A stretch of DNA of 64,000 nt from Eledone cirrhosa. Its lineage: Eukaryota. Below are positions 1 to 16,799 of this stretch, piece by piece. Below the pieces are notes generated by a model, which had not been told where the DNA came from, made no database searches, and saw only the letters and a program-made list of their open reading frames with translations. The DNA lies in assembly GCA_964016885.1 (NCBI GenBank), contig OZ024748.1, positions 23,374,001-23,438,000 on the forward strand, given 5' to 3'. Position numbers and translations under genes: made by a program. Each line of letters starts with the position of its first letter. Positions within the stretch are counted from its first letter, which is position 1.

Positions 1-61
<61 letters not shown>

Positions 62-67
62 GGTGTG

Positions 68-181
<114 letters not shown>

Positions 182-516
182 CAGGAATAAAGAACAGCGC
201 CATCTTGTGTAACAATATTTTACTAACTGTTCTTGACTCACGAGCCGTCACCACCATCACAAGGTGGGGTAAGGCGGGGGCGGGAGAAAGTATTCTTATC
301 AGTTTCTTAGTTCATTCACACAAAGCTGAATACAGCAAAAGATGGAAGGCAGCCATTTTCTTTCTGAATTTCTTTCCTACTCATTTCATCAGCTTTGTTT
401 TTATTTCTACACAGATTGCAATAACTGAATTTAGAGTAACTAAGTGCATTTCTGATAAAGGTGTGTTAGTATTGCACCCCCCCCCCCTCCCGCGCACACA
501 CACACACACACACACA

Positions 517-597
<81 letters not shown>

Positions 598-759
598 GCC
601 GAGAGACATATGCATTACACTAGTGTGCGTGTATATATAGGTATGTGTGTATGTATGTATGTATGATGTGTGATTATATATTAATTTATACGTATATATA
701 GATATAGAAGATGGCCAGGATTATTTGAACTTACACACACGCATATATGTAAGTATATG

Positions 760-848
<89 letters not shown>

Positions 849-877
849 GTATATATATATATATATTTATATATAAG

Positions 878-965
<88 letters not shown>

Positions 966-1015
966 CGAATATATATATATATATATTTATATATACGTAT
1001 ATACACACACACACA

Positions 1016-1096
<81 letters not shown>

Positions 1097-1399
1097 CCAT
1101 TAGCATCTAAAATACGGGGTTAATAACTTTAACAGGGAAGAAAAAGAAAAACAGTACAGGCATTCTTTTGATTAGTATTTAGTGTTGGTTTGGTTAAAGG
1201 GTCATTAGGGGCGGAAGAGGATAGGTAGGAGGAGGCAGGAGAAGGAAGAAAATAGGGGGTTTATGGTTTAGGGAGCAGACCGACATACTGATTACCTTCA
1301 GTCTATTGAGAAAACACAAGTTGGGTGGTATTTCACAACAGTATTATATTATCGCCTCACAACACCGACTTTATACATGTAATGCAATCTTTCGCTATC

Positions 1400-1846
1400 A
1401 TCATCTATGTCACCACCAACACCCCCCCACTGCAACCATCAGCGCCTTCTACGTCACCACCACCACCACTACCACTGCAACCATCACCACCGCCTTCTAC
1501 GTCACCACCACCACAACTGCAACCACCACCGCCATCTATGTCGCCACCAACACCACCACTACCACCACCACCACCACCACTGCAACCATCACCACCGCCT
1601 TCTACGTCACCACCACCACCACCACCACCACCACCACCACCACCACTGCAACCACCACCGCCGCCATCTACGTCGCCACCAACACTGCAACCATCAACGC
1701 CATCTATGTCACCACCACCGCCGCCACTGCAACCATCAGCGCCATCTACGTCACCACCACCAGCACCACCACTGCAACCACCACCGCCATCTACGTCACC
1801 ACCACCACCACCACCACTACTACTACCATCACCAACACATCCCCCC

Positions 1847-1883
<37 letters not shown>

Positions 1884-1949
1884 GACCACCACCAACACAT
1901 TACCACCACCATCACAACCACCACCACCACCACCACCACTACTACTACT

Positions 1950-2005
<56 letters not shown>

Positions 2006-2575
2006 AACAATAACAACGATAGCAGCAGCTGTAACAACAATAACAATTGCAGTAGCAATATCAACTGGAACTACAATAACAATAACAACAGCAATAACAA
2101 CATTGTAACAACAGCAACAGCAATAACAACAGTAGCAACAATAACAACAACAACAAAAGTAACAACAACAACAACAACAACAGCAGTAACAACAGCAATA
2201 ACAACAACAACGACAGTAACAACAACAACAAAAACAACAACAATAAAAGCAACAGCAATAACAATAACAACAACAGCAGCAACAATAAGAACAACAACAG
2301 TAACAACAGCAACAGCAATAACAATAACAACAACAGCAGCAACAATAAGAACAACAACAGTAACAACAGCAATAACAATAACAACAACAGCAGCAACAAT
2401 AAGAACAACAACAGTAACAACAGCAACAGTCAAAGCAACAACAACACAACAGTGTTAACCACAGCAACAGCAATGACAATAACAACAACAGCAACAACAG
2501 CAACAACAATAACAACAACAACAACAACAACAGTAACAAAAACAACAACAGTAAAAACAACAACAACAACACAGC
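1400..2575. repeat. Compound trinucleotide low-complexity tract (ACC)n/(ACT)n/(AAC)n
   Basis: Directly visible; explains the poly-T/P/H/L ORFs here. Confidence 0.95.
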
Positions 2576-2609
2576 TACATTAACAACATATAAAACAGAA
2601 AACTGCTAT

Positions 2610-2805
2610 ATGCTTGCTTGATCTGCTTAGAAAATACAAACAAATCTTCAAATCTTAGAAAAGGAAGACCATAGTAAATAACGTAATCCTAGATATTCTT
2701 TGACTGAAAATTCGACAGGATGGTCGTGGTTTGAACGCCTTTCATTATAAGACTTCTCAGTCAGGACTGCCCATAGGCTAAACAACAACAACAACAGCAA
2801 CAACA
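2610..2805 (+). mobile_element. SINE-like 3' segment ending in (AAC)n; diverged second copy at about 9280-9455 (-)
   Basis: ggatggtcgtggtttgaacgcc...ggctaaacaacaac matches the reverse complement of tgttgttgtttatcccc...ggcattctagtcacgaccatcc at 9282-9355. Confidence 0.55.
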
Positions 2806-3041
2806 AGAAAATCAACAACAGGAGTGTTGAGCTCTTGCAACATGTGACACAAATGTACAACTTCCTGTTATGAAATTCTATGAGGAGAGCAGACATTCCT
2901 TGTTGTAAAATGATCGCTTCCGGTCGGCCATGTTGATAATTTTATCACAGTACATACAATAGCTGTAATCATCCAATCAAACAGTGCAGACACCTTTGGT
3001 GCATGTATGTGTCTGTTTGTGCGAGTCTGTGTGTCTGTGTA

Positions 3042-3117
<76 letters not shown>

Positions 3118-3249
3118 TGTGTGAGGGAGAGTGCGCGAGAGTATGTGAGTGCATGTGTATGTGATTGTGTTGTTTGTTTGTTTGTTTTTCTCATTGGTCG
3201 GTTGCTAACAGCAGGTTTTTCACACTTGTGATTGGTTGATTGATGTCTC

Positions 3250-3338
<89 letters not shown>

Positions 3339-3674
3339 CATACATACATAAACATATATATATAATATATATATATATATACACATACATATATGCATAC
3401 ACATATATACACACACACACACACACATACACACACACATATATATATAAATATGTATGTATGTGTGTGAGACGGAGTGAATGAGTGCAAATGTGTATGT
3501 ATGTGCGTATATGTATGAGCGTGTATGTTGATGTGTGTTGATGTGTGTTGATGTGTGTTGATGTGTGTTGATGTGTGTGTTGGGAGGGCGGGCGTAAGAG
3601 TCTTCATAAAAGTGCATGTGGTGATTACTGAGGCAATGAAGAGAATCGTAATGGTGACATTGATAAGAGAACGA

Positions 3675-4110
3675 CGTTGATAGTGTTGATGATAATGATA
3701 ATGATGATGGTGGAGGTGGTGATGATGATGGTGATGGTGATGATGATGGTGGAGATGGTGGGGATAATGACGGTGATAATGATGGTAATGAGAGTGATGA
3801 TAGTGATTGTAATGATGGTAATGGTAGTGATGATGATGATGGCGATGATGGTAATGATAGTGATGATGATGATGGTGATGATAGTGATGATGATGATGGT
3901 GATGATGATAATGATGATGATGGTGATAATGGTGATGATGGTAATGATAGTGATGATGATGATTGTAATGATGGTAATGATAGTGATGATGATGATGGTG
4001 ATGATGATAATGATAGTAGTGATGATGATGGCGATGGTGATGATGATAATGATGGTGATGATAATGATAATGATGGTGATAATGATGGAGGTGGTGATAA
4101 TAGTTATCTA
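3675..4110. repeat. (GAT)n/(GGT)n degenerate trinucleotide tract
   Basis: Directly visible. Confidence 0.95.
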
Positions 4111-4301
4111 AGTACAGTTGTTCATGTAATTACACTTATCGATCTATCTATTTTCTCATTTATCACATTTTTTTTCTCTCGCTTAATATTTTCCCGTTCT
4201 CTTTCAATCATGCTCTCTTCTTTAGTCCTTTACTCTTTCTCTCTCCCTCACCCATTCTATCTATCTATCTATCTATCTATCTGTCTATCTATCTATCTAT
4301 C

Positions 4302-5140
4302 TTCCTCGAGTGCGTTCAGGCGCTCACAGCCCTCTACCAAGCGGAAACGACAATCAGCGGAGACTCCACGTCAACATTCTATATAGTGGAGGATGAATGC
4401 GATGACGTTCTCGGGAAGACTCTGGGCATCGAAGAGGACGAATTGGCCAGTCTATCCGGGAGGACTTTCAGTCCAAGGCTTATGTATAATTTTCAGAGGT
4501 CTCTGGCCTGGTAGTGCTACCGAGGAGCTCTACCAGTTCGAGACAAAATCTACAGACACCGTCGTCCTGCCAAAATTGACCTGTCCAAGATGCGAGCAGG
4601 ACATTGAAACCGTTCTGCACGCAATTGTTCAGTGACCAGGGGTGACCGATCTGTGGAATTAGGTCGAACAGCTACTGTCACGTGTGGGACACATCCAGTT
4701 GTCAGCTGAGTCCATCGTGAGGATCACCTCGCCACCTTCATTTAAGAATGAAGGAGAGGGGTTTTTCCTCTGTCTGGTGGCTATGGCGAAAGAAGTAATA
4801 TGGTGGACGAGGTTACAAGGACTGAGGGCAAACCATTTCCTTTTTTAAATACCACTTCAGAAGGAAGTTGAGAGTGGAAAGAGAGGTACTGCGCCCCAGT
4901 AAATTCACTGAAAGGTGAGTGAATGTGGCGAAAATGGCCCGAGTGAATGGAATGGCCTTCTCTGTATATAAACCTGTAAGTTGAAGAAGACAAAAGAGGG
5001 AAGACGGGAACATCTACAAAACGTGCTCCTGGTATTGAGGGTTGTTCTATCCACGGGGTGTAAAACAACCAAGCAGTAACGCCCCTCTCCCTATTGGGAT
5101 TTCAATTGTTATTTTATTATATATCGTTTATTGTTATTTA
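4302..5140 (+). pseudogene. Decayed 3' fragment of a Tx1/L1-clade LINE (ORF2 C-terminus and 3' UTR)
   Basis: Translation KLTCPRCEQDIETVLHAIVQ*PGVTDLWN*VEQLLSRV...MAKEVIWWTRLQGLR aligns by eye with KKICPRCVRDEETVAHALVHCPGVADLWGYVERLLSRV...MMKEVVWWTRLKGLR of the 32858-34120 ORF; in-frame stops present. Confidence 0.9.
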
Positions 5141-5229
5141 TTAATGTTAAAGTTATATAATTTTTATGTGATTTTTATTTAAAGCCCCCGCCGTCACGTC
5201 TTCTAGTCCAGCAGTCGCAAGCGGTGGGA

Positions 5230-5282
5230 GGGACCGTGCTGACGAAGGCCAGTTAAGCCTGAAATGCATAGACGGTTGTCCC
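5230..5282 (+). ncRNA. Minimal type-I hammerhead ribozyme motif (helix III palindrome TGCA)
   Basis: accgtg-CTGACGA-aggc[cagttaa]gcct-GAAA-tgca-TA-gacggt; first helix I pair is a G.G mismatch; outer stem gtccagcag/ctgctggac. Confidence 0.7.
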
Positions 5283-5457
5283 CCTTGCTTCTGCTGGACA
5301 TCACCAGAGGGCGTTAGCCCCCCCGGTGTTTGCATAGCTTCGGCTTCCTAAAATCGTATTTCTTTGGAGATACGAAATATTTATACATATTGTATAAAGC
5401 TATGCTTGAAGCGAAATCCTATTTCTTTTATATATATATATATATATATAAATATAT

Positions 5458-5539
<82 letters not shown>

Positions 5540-5542
5540 TAT

Positions 5543-5574
<32 letters not shown>

Positions 5575-5941
5575 ATATATATTAAGATATATATATATGT
5601 GTGTGTGTGTATAGCTATATACAGAGAGAGAGTGAGTGAGGGAGAGAGAGAGAGTGAGAGAGAGAGTGAGTGAGTGAGAGAGAGAGATTGAAGTTTTGAT
5701 TTAATTATTTAATTATAAAAGTACACTGCACATAACATGGAGATATGTGTGAATATGCACAAAGACACCGGATATTTCAAATATACTTTTAAATAGATTT
5801 CCTGAAATAATTGGTCGATTGGAATAAAATATGAAGTTAGGGAATAATTGGAGGAAAATAATGACGTTCATTGTTAATAGCAGTATATGTATGATTATTT
5901 GTATAGACCTGTCTATATATACACATGTGTGTATATAGACA

Positions 5942-5994
<53 letters not shown>

Positions 5995-6071
5995 GTGTGT
6001 GTGTGTGTGTGTATTTATAATGGCTATATAAATATGTGTGTGTGTTTTTTTTTATGATGGCTATATATATG

Positions 6072-6259
<188 letters not shown>

Positions 6260-6369
6260 CATATATATATATATATACATACATATATATACATATATAT
6301 ATATATACATACATATATACATACATATATATATATATATACATACATATATATACATATATATATATA

Positions 6370-6478
<109 letters not shown>

Positions 6479-6499
6479 ATAGATGTGTTTATAATGGTA

Positions 6500-6541
<42 letters not shown>

Positions 6542-6604
6542 AATATATATATATATATATATAAACAATTAAGTTAAATTTAATTTCGTTTCGTTATTTG
6601 TTTT

Positions 6605-6639
<35 letters not shown>

Positions 6640-6707
6640 ATGTATGTATATGTGTAACATATACATATGCATGTATATATGTGTATATATGTGTGGAAAG
6701 AGAAAGC

Positions 6708-6778
<71 letters not shown>

Positions 6779-6981
6779 GAGACTAACAACATTAAAGACA
6801 AAAGAATCTTACTAAATTTAATTTAGAATCTTGGCTAATTTTGTCGGATGTGTGGAAACGTTTTCCTTGAAATTTCAATAAGGAAATGTATATATATATA
6901 TATATATATATAGGAAAAAGTATGACCCCGACAGCAGAGCTCAACCCGTTTCGACAGCTATTTCTGGACTGTCCAGAAATA

Positions 6982-7144
<163 letters not shown>

Positions 7145-7407
7145 AATTTTAGTACAGCATCAACGAAGCTTTTGGTAGCAGCCAAGCTAACGAATGCAGT
7201 TTCGGTGTCAGCTAAGCACTCAATGGAGAATATTATCCCAGAGTTATAACATTACGTTTAGAAATCTTTGCAAATCAAATACAGCGACCGATAGACGCGC
7301 CTCGGAGACCATAGCGACGAAAAAAACTGAACTCAGGAAAAATGTTTGCATGATTTCCACTTTTATAATAATAATAATGATAATAATAATAATAACAATT
7401 ATTATTA

Positions 7408-7440
<33 letters not shown>

Positions 7441-7491
7441 ATCAGAGTATTGCTTAAAGCTTTCTCTGTTAATGTATTAAATATATATATA

Positions 7492-8937
<1,446 letters not shown>

Positions 8938-9103
8938 AACTTTAATTATATCTCATAAAATAATACAACTGGCTTTCCACATAATACATATAGTTAGCGC
9001 CCCAAGCACTTAAATTGGGTTTATACTAACATATAACCTAATGTTTGTTGAGTGAGATGGTTACCAGTCAGAGTTTAGCTTTAAGCTATCTCTGTTATTG
9101 TAT

Positions 9104-9200
<97 letters not shown>

Positions 9201-9596
9201 TCATAGAAATGATTTAATTGATCTGATTATTTTATACTATTTAGTCATAGCCGAAGAGACTCTATCTATATCACATGCAACTGTTGTTGTTTATCCCCAA
9301 GTCAGTTCAGATAGTGCCAACCTATGATCAACGGCATTCTAGTCACGACCATCCCATCTATTTCCTATACATAGGAAACCGAGATTCACATTACTGAACA
9401 TGTCATTTTTTTTATTTGTAAGATATGATTTTGGGGTGATTTGGGGGCCATTTATAGACACAAAAGGGACACCCAAGTTGCATCAACTCCACCACTGACA
9501 TAGTTTATGTAGTTATTCCAGTGATGAGATTAGTATAGTAAGTTTACACTTTGAACTTTTCTAAATTAAATTCCTGCACGTAAAACATTAATCATT

Positions 9597-9927
9597 TTCT
9601 AATGAAATACACTGTTTAACCCTTTCATTACCATATTTCTAATGAAATAAACTGTCTCTGTCATTAACCCTTTCATTACCATATTTCTAATGAAATACAC
9701 TGTCTATGTCATTAACCCTTTCATTACCATATTTCTAATGAAATACACTGTCTCTGACATTAACCCTTTCATTACCATATTTCTAATGAAATACACTGTT
9801 TATGTCATTAACCCTTTCATTACCATATTTCTAATGAAATACACTGTCTATGTCATTAACCCTTTCATTACCATATTTCTAATGAAAGACACCGTCTATG
9901 TCATTAACCCTTTCATTACTATATTTC
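9597..9927. repeat. 48-bp tandem repeat, about 7 copies
   Basis: Unit ttaaccctttcattaccatatttctaatgaaatacactgtctatgtca; produces the 16-aa periodic ORF at 9690. Confidence 0.95.
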
Positions 9928-10657
9928 TTGGTGAGGAGGGTGACTTTGGACATCCTGCAGGACTAAAAACAAAACCTGTCAAAGGGCAAAGGAGTTCATA
10001 AGAGTCAATGGCCATCCAAAGTCACCGGGAGGGATGACCCCTTAGCCTTTGTCAAGGCAAAATTCTAGGAGAAGGAAAACTCCTATATAACACCTGCAAC
10101 CCTGATGGTATCCAATGATGTTGACTTGTTCTTCTTTTTGGTAAATATCATCTTGGTTAAGAAAGTGGGACTGGCTTTGTGCGGTGCCTTTGCTCACTAT
10201 AAAAGCTTCACGGCACAGGCATTGCTTTATATCTGGAGATCTCTCTGCACTTGTCATCACATGGTACCATGGGCCCAGCACTATGTGTCAATAATTGTCA
10301 CAAGTGTAGTGTTTGTACCAGAGTTTTCAAGTCGCTGGCTGGACTAAAAAGTCACACTCGTTCAGCGCATCGGTAGGAGTTCTCCTACATGGATATAGAG
10401 TAGTGGCCGTACTCGAAAACGAGTTGGCAGCCACCATGTATGTATGTATGTATGTATGTATGTATGTATGTATGTATGTATGTACGTATGTATGTACGTA
10501 CGTATGTATGTATGAATGTATGTACGTACATATGTATGTACGTACGTACGTACGTACGTATGTATGTATGTATGTATGTATGTATGTATGTATGTATGTA
10601 TGTATGTATGTATGTATGTATGTATGTATGCATGTATGTATGTATGTATGTATGTAT
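9924..10657 (+). mobile_element. RTE-derived non-autonomous retroelement, copy 1, with (TATG)n tail
   Basis: Near-identical to 58671-59244; 3' part encodes relic CSVCTRVFKSLAGLKSHTRS, similar to the RTE ORF end CRLCARHCRSLAGLKSHIRS. Confidence 0.85.
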
Positions 10658-11667
10658 AGTTCAAGGTATAGAAACGGACGACAATAACACAAAGTAATAT
10701 CAGTTTCATGCTTTTGGGGAAAAGGAAAAAGAATATCTCGGACGTTGATTCTTTGGGAAAGAGAAAGAGAGAGGAGATTACGTACATATAAATACACACG
10801 TGCACATGCATATACACATACACACACAATTGTCTCTCTCTCTTTACATATACTGTATATATATATATATATGTATACACACACAAAGTGACAGAGAGAG
10901 TAGGGTGGGGGGCAGAGAAAAGCTTGCGTGTATATAAACATTTGGATATATATACACATGCATATATACTCAATTAAGCAAACTTACATAACATAAATAT
11001 TAATACATACTCATAGACGCACAAACATACACACATACACTCACACACATACACACATACACTCACACGCACACACATACACTCACACACATACACACAT
11101 ACACACACATACACTCACACTTATAGTGTCATTGAGTTCGAATGTATAGTTCCAAATTTTCCTTATCTTAATATCTTTCCCTTTTTATTTTCATTGCACA
11201 CCTCTCTACCTATATGTCTTCCTAAACACTACCACTACCACCACTCTAAACAACACCACTACCACCACCCTAAACAACACCACTATCACCACTCTAAACA
11301 CCACCACTACCACCACCCTAAATACCCCACTATCACCACCCTAAACACCACCACTACCACCACTACCACTCTAAACAACACCGCTATCACCATCCTAAAC
11401 ACGACCACTACCACCCTAAACACCACCACTATCACCATCCTAAGCACCACCACTACCACCACTATCACCCTAAACAACACCACTCACACCACCAGCACCA
11501 TCATCTCCCACTACCACCACCACTCACACCAGCACCACCATCATCTCCCACCACCACCACCCTAAACACCACCACATTCCGCCGACACAATTTCGTTGGG
11601 CACAGTGGGAGAACATTCCACAATAGATCAGATATCACCGAATCAAGGAATATATATGATATAATCA

Positions 11668-14103
11668 TACCAACACACCGCCACCATCACTACCACAACC
11701 AACACACCGCCGCCATCACTACCACAACCAACACACCGCCGCCATCACTACCACAACCAACACTCCACCACCATCACTACCAACACACCGCCACCATCAC
11801 TACCACAACCAACACACCACCACCATCACTACCACAACCAACACACACCACCATCACCACCACAACCAACGCTCCACCACCATCACTACCACAACCAACA
11901 CACCGCCACCATTACTACCACAACCAACACACCACCACCATCACTACCACAACCAACACACCGCCACCATCACTACCACAACCAACACACCACCACGATC
12001 ACTACCACAACCAACACACCGCCACCATCACTACCACAACCAACGCTCCACCACCATCACTACCACAACCAACGCTCCACCGCCATCACTACCACAACCA
12101 ACACACCGCCACCATCACTACCACAACCAACACACCACCACCATCACTACCACAACCAACACACCGCCACCATCACTAGCACAACCAACACACCGCCACC
12201 ATCACTACCACAACCAACACACCGCCACCATCACTACTACAACCAACACACCGCCACCATCACTACCACAACCAACACACCACCACCATCACTACCACAA
12301 CCAACGCTCCACCACCATCACTACCACAACCAACACACCACCACCATCACTACCACAACCAACACACCACCACCATCACTACCACAACCAACACACCGCC
12401 GCCATCACTACCACAACCAACACTCCACCACCATCACTACCAACACACCGCCACCATCACTACCACAACCAACACACCACCACCATCACTACCACAACCA
12501 ACACACACCACCATCACCACCACAACCAACGCTCCACCACCATCACTACCACAACCAACACACCGCCACCATTACTACCACAACCAACACACCACCACCA
12601 TCACTACCACAACCAACACACCGCCACCATCACTACCACAACCAACACACCACCACGATCACTACCACAACCAACACACCGCCACCATCACTACCACAAC
12701 CAACGCTCCACCACCATCACTACCACAACCAACGCTCCATCGCCATCACTACCACAACCAACACTCCACCGCCATCACTACCACAACCAACACACCGCCA
12801 CCATCACTACCACAACCAACACACCACCACCATCACTACCACAACCAACACACCGCCACCATCACTAGCACAACCAACACACCGCCACCATCACTACCAC
12901 AACCAACACACCGCCACCATCACTACTACAACCAACACACCGCCACCATCACTACCACAACCAACACACCACCACCATCACTACCACAACCAACGCTCCA
13001 CCACCATCACTACCACAACCAACACACCACCACCATCACTACCACAACCAACACACCACCACCATCACTACCACAACCAACACACCACCACCATCACTAC
13101 CACAACCAACACACCGCCACCATCACTACCACAACCAACGCTCCACCACCATCACTACCACAACCAACACACCGCCACCATCACTACCACAACCAACACA
13201 CCGCCACCATCACTACCACAACCAACACACCACCACGATCACTACCACAACCAACACACCACCACCATCACTACCACAACCAACACACCACCACCATCAC
13301 AACCAACACACCACCACCATCACTACCACAACAAACACACCGCCACCATCACTACCACAACCAACACACCGCCACCATCACTACCACAACCAACACACCA
13401 CCACCATCACTACCACAACCAACGCCCCACCACCATCACTACCACAACCAACGCCCCACCACCATCACTACCACAACCAACACACCACCACCATCACTAC
13501 CACAACCAACACACCACCACCATCACTACCACAACCAACACACCACCGCCATCACTACCATAACCAACACACCACCACCATCACTATCACAACCAACGCC
13601 CCACCACCATAACTACCACAACCAACACACCACCACCATCACTACCAACACACCGCCACCATCACTGCCACAACCAACACACCGCCGCCATCACTACCAC
13701 AACCAACACACCACCACCATCACTACCACAACCAACACACCGCCACCATCACTACCACAACCAACACACCGCCACCATCACTACCACAACCAACACACCG
13801 CCGCCATCACTACCACAACCAACGCCCCACCACCATCACTACCACAACCAACACACCACCACCATCACTACCAACACACCGCCACCATCACTACCACAAC
13901 CAACACACCGCCGCCATCACTACCACAACCAACGCTCCACCACCATCACTACCACAACCAACACACCGCCACCATCACTACCACAACCAACACACCGCCA
14001 CCATCACTACCACAACCAACACACCACCACCATCACTACCACAACCAACACACCACCGCCATCACTACCACAACCAACACACCACCACCATCACAACCAC
14101 AAC
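11668..14103. repeat. 29-bp minisatellite (accaacacaccRccaccatcactaccaca), roughly 80 copies
   Basis: Directly visible; includes a 660-bp higher-order duplication. Confidence 0.95.
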
Positions 14104-14171
14104 AGCTATCAACTCGAATAACGTTATTATTATATATATAACACCAAATGAATTTCCCAGATGAATACAAC

Positions 14172-14203
<32 letters not shown>

Positions 14204-14298
14204 ATAGACACACACATATATATATATATGTATATAGGCTGTCCTAAAAAATGTATACACACTTTGATTAGAATTAGAAAAGGGGACACCCTTTCTCT

Positions 14299-14404
<106 letters not shown>

Positions 14405-14424
14405 GAGAGATGGTATGTATTCAA

Positions 14425-14680
14425 TCAACGTGATTTCCTGCTCGTGAAATTTAAATGAAAGTGGCTGGTCATTTCATAGATACGTACCCTCTTAATTTAG
14501 TTCTCAGGGAGATTCGGTGTGATAAAATCGACAAGAAATCTGGCTCTTTCAATTATGTGTTTATTTTTTCAATTATGTGTTTATTTTATTTTTTCCAACT
14601 GAGTTGACAGGAGCAATGTGAAATAAAGTGACTTCTTCACAGAAACAACATGACAGCCAGTCTCGGAATCGAACGCAAGG
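14425..14680 (-). mobile_element. tRNA-derived SINE family B, degenerate copy
   Basis: Shares tagttctcagggagattc, gtgaaataaag and aatcgaac (reverse B-box) blocks with 20320-20607. Confidence 0.6.
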
Positions 14681-14709
14681 ATTTAAGTACACCCATACAA
14701 ATACACACA

Positions 14710-14748
<39 letters not shown>

Positions 14749-14798
14749 ATATATATATATATATTTCTTTTTTTTCCTTTCTTTGATTCGTCAGAGTG

Positions 14799-15200
14799 GC
14801 ATTATTGAAAAAATGAGAGGGACAATTCTTTTAAAAACAAGTTTTATAATGTATATAAAGCATATAAAGTATTACTGGTTTCGATGTATTATTAAAATTC
14901 ATCTTATCAAATGTTGAGTATTACAATTAAAATGAATTAATAAGAATTAAAAAGAATTAAAAACTAAAAATTAAAGATTTAAAATTAAGTGTTGGAGTAA
15001 GTCTTTTTCCCATCTTCCTTGCTCAGAAGGGGACTGGAGAATGTTTTCAATTCTTATTAATTCTTTTTAATTGCAATACTCAACATTTGATAAGATAAAT
15101 TTTACTAATACATCGAAACCGGTAATACTTTATATACTTCATATATACATTATAAAACTCTTTTTTAAAAGAATTGCCCCTCTCATTTTTTCAATAATGT
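14799..15200. mobile_element. Fold-back element (about 145-bp imperfect arms), each arm with a degenerate U3-A8 hammerhead-like core
   Basis: Arms 14799-14948 and 15047-15200; TTGATAA-gat...atc-GAAA-ccgg-TA at 15087-15124; helix I only 2 bp. Confidence 0.65.
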
Positions 15201-15616
15201 CATTTTTTTCGATAATATACACCCGATATTATAAGTAAAGTTTTATACGGTCAAGTATTACATATAGAATTGAAGAATGGAATCATGAATAATATAATAA
15301 GAATTGTACCTCAACCTATAATTTTGAACGGTCAAAAGCTCCATGTACAATATATATTTAAAAAATCTAATTGCTTGCTTTATGCTCAGTGTTTTGATAT
15401 GAAGTTTATTCTTGAAACCATCTGAAATTGGTAAACTTTGTTATTTCTCTCATTTTTCTGAAGATATGCATGTTATAGGTATTATGTATGGTGTTGATTA
15501 TTGATAATTAATTACTTCTTCTTGTTTACATATGCATGTGCCATTGTAACCGCGTTGAAAGGGACGTAGAAATAAAAGAATGATTGTAAATTCATAAACT
15601 TGATCATTTGTCATAT

Positions 15617-15702
<86 letters not shown>

Positions 15703-16080
15703 TATATATATACATACACATATATATATATACATATATATACATATATATATATATATACATATATAAATTATATACATATATATATATACATATATAT
15801 ATATATACATATATATATATACATATATATATATACATATACATATATATACATATATATATATATACATATACATATATATACATATATATATATATAC
15901 ATACATATATAAATATATATAAATTTACATATATATGTATACATTATACATATATATATATATATATATATATAATATAAGATCAAAAGATGGCGAATTT
16001 CAATAACAAATATCATCATTGGATGATATCTGCGTTCTCATCAGATAAAATAGGGAGACATGATATGAAGCTTAAAAAAC

Positions 16081-16147
16081 ACTTGTGAATAGTGAAGTTT
16101 TAAATCAACATATCATATGTTGATTTAAAACTTCACTATTCACAAGT
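16081..16147. repeat. Perfect palindrome, 32-bp arms with 3-nt loop
   Basis: acttgtgaatagtgaagttttaaatcaacata-tca-tatgttgatttaaaacttcactattcacaagt. Confidence 0.9.
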
Positions 16148-16155
16148 TTCCAATC

Positions 16156-16272
16156 TTAGTTCAAATCCCGCCGAGGTAAACTTTGCCTTCCATCCTTACG
16201 GGGTCGATAAAATAAAGTACCAGTCATGTACTGGATAATTGCTGGCCTTGTGCCAAAAGTAGAAACAATTAT
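16156..16272 (+). mobile_element. tRNA-derived SINE family A, 5'-truncated
   Basis: agttcaaatcccgccgaggt...ggggtcgataaaataaagtaccagt...ggccttgtgccaaaagtagaaacaatt, shared with 43992-44180. Confidence 0.85.
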
Positions 16273-16356
16273 TTATACTCCAGTCCTACAAACTGTAGAG
16301 TGCTACTTATCCGATATTTGCATTGCTTTATTGCTGCGCTACAATAAAACTCACCT

Positions 16357-16391
<35 letters not shown>

Positions 16392-16402
<11 letters not shown>

Positions 16403-16799
16403 AATATAGACATAGAATATTCGAAAATATTCTGTATGTTTATAATAAACATTTTGAAGACCTAATCGCTATAGAATAGAATACGTCACGTATTACAATT
16501 AGATTCTCGATAAGAGCAAGGGAAGTAATCTACGCGTTTCATTCTTGTTAGAATTCATCAGGACTACATATCCAGTGCTTTTATCGAGAATGACACAGCT
16601 AGAGACTTATAGAATACTTAGCTGTGTACAGGAACTGGTTTGAAAGAGCGGTTGCCGGTCCGGCAGAAATTAGAAATTGGAATAAATGCTCTGAAATAGC
16701 GATATATATGTGAATATAGACATAGAATATTCGAAAATATTCTGTATGTTTATAATAAACATTTTGAAGACCTAATCGCTATAGAATAGAATACGTCAC
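16392..16799 (-). repeat. Inverted about 1.3 copies of the 310-bp hammerhead repeat (hammerhead at 16525-16567, -)
   Basis: Reverse complement of the array unit, with one visible substitution (taagagc vs taaaagc). Confidence 0.95.

Noticed and set aside
370-400. CTGATGA...GAAA on the minus strand
   Set aside because: No helix II pairing; chance match
15998-16050. CTGATGA plus 11-bp helix II plus GAAA on the minus strand
   Set aside because: Helices I and III could not be formed; probably truncated
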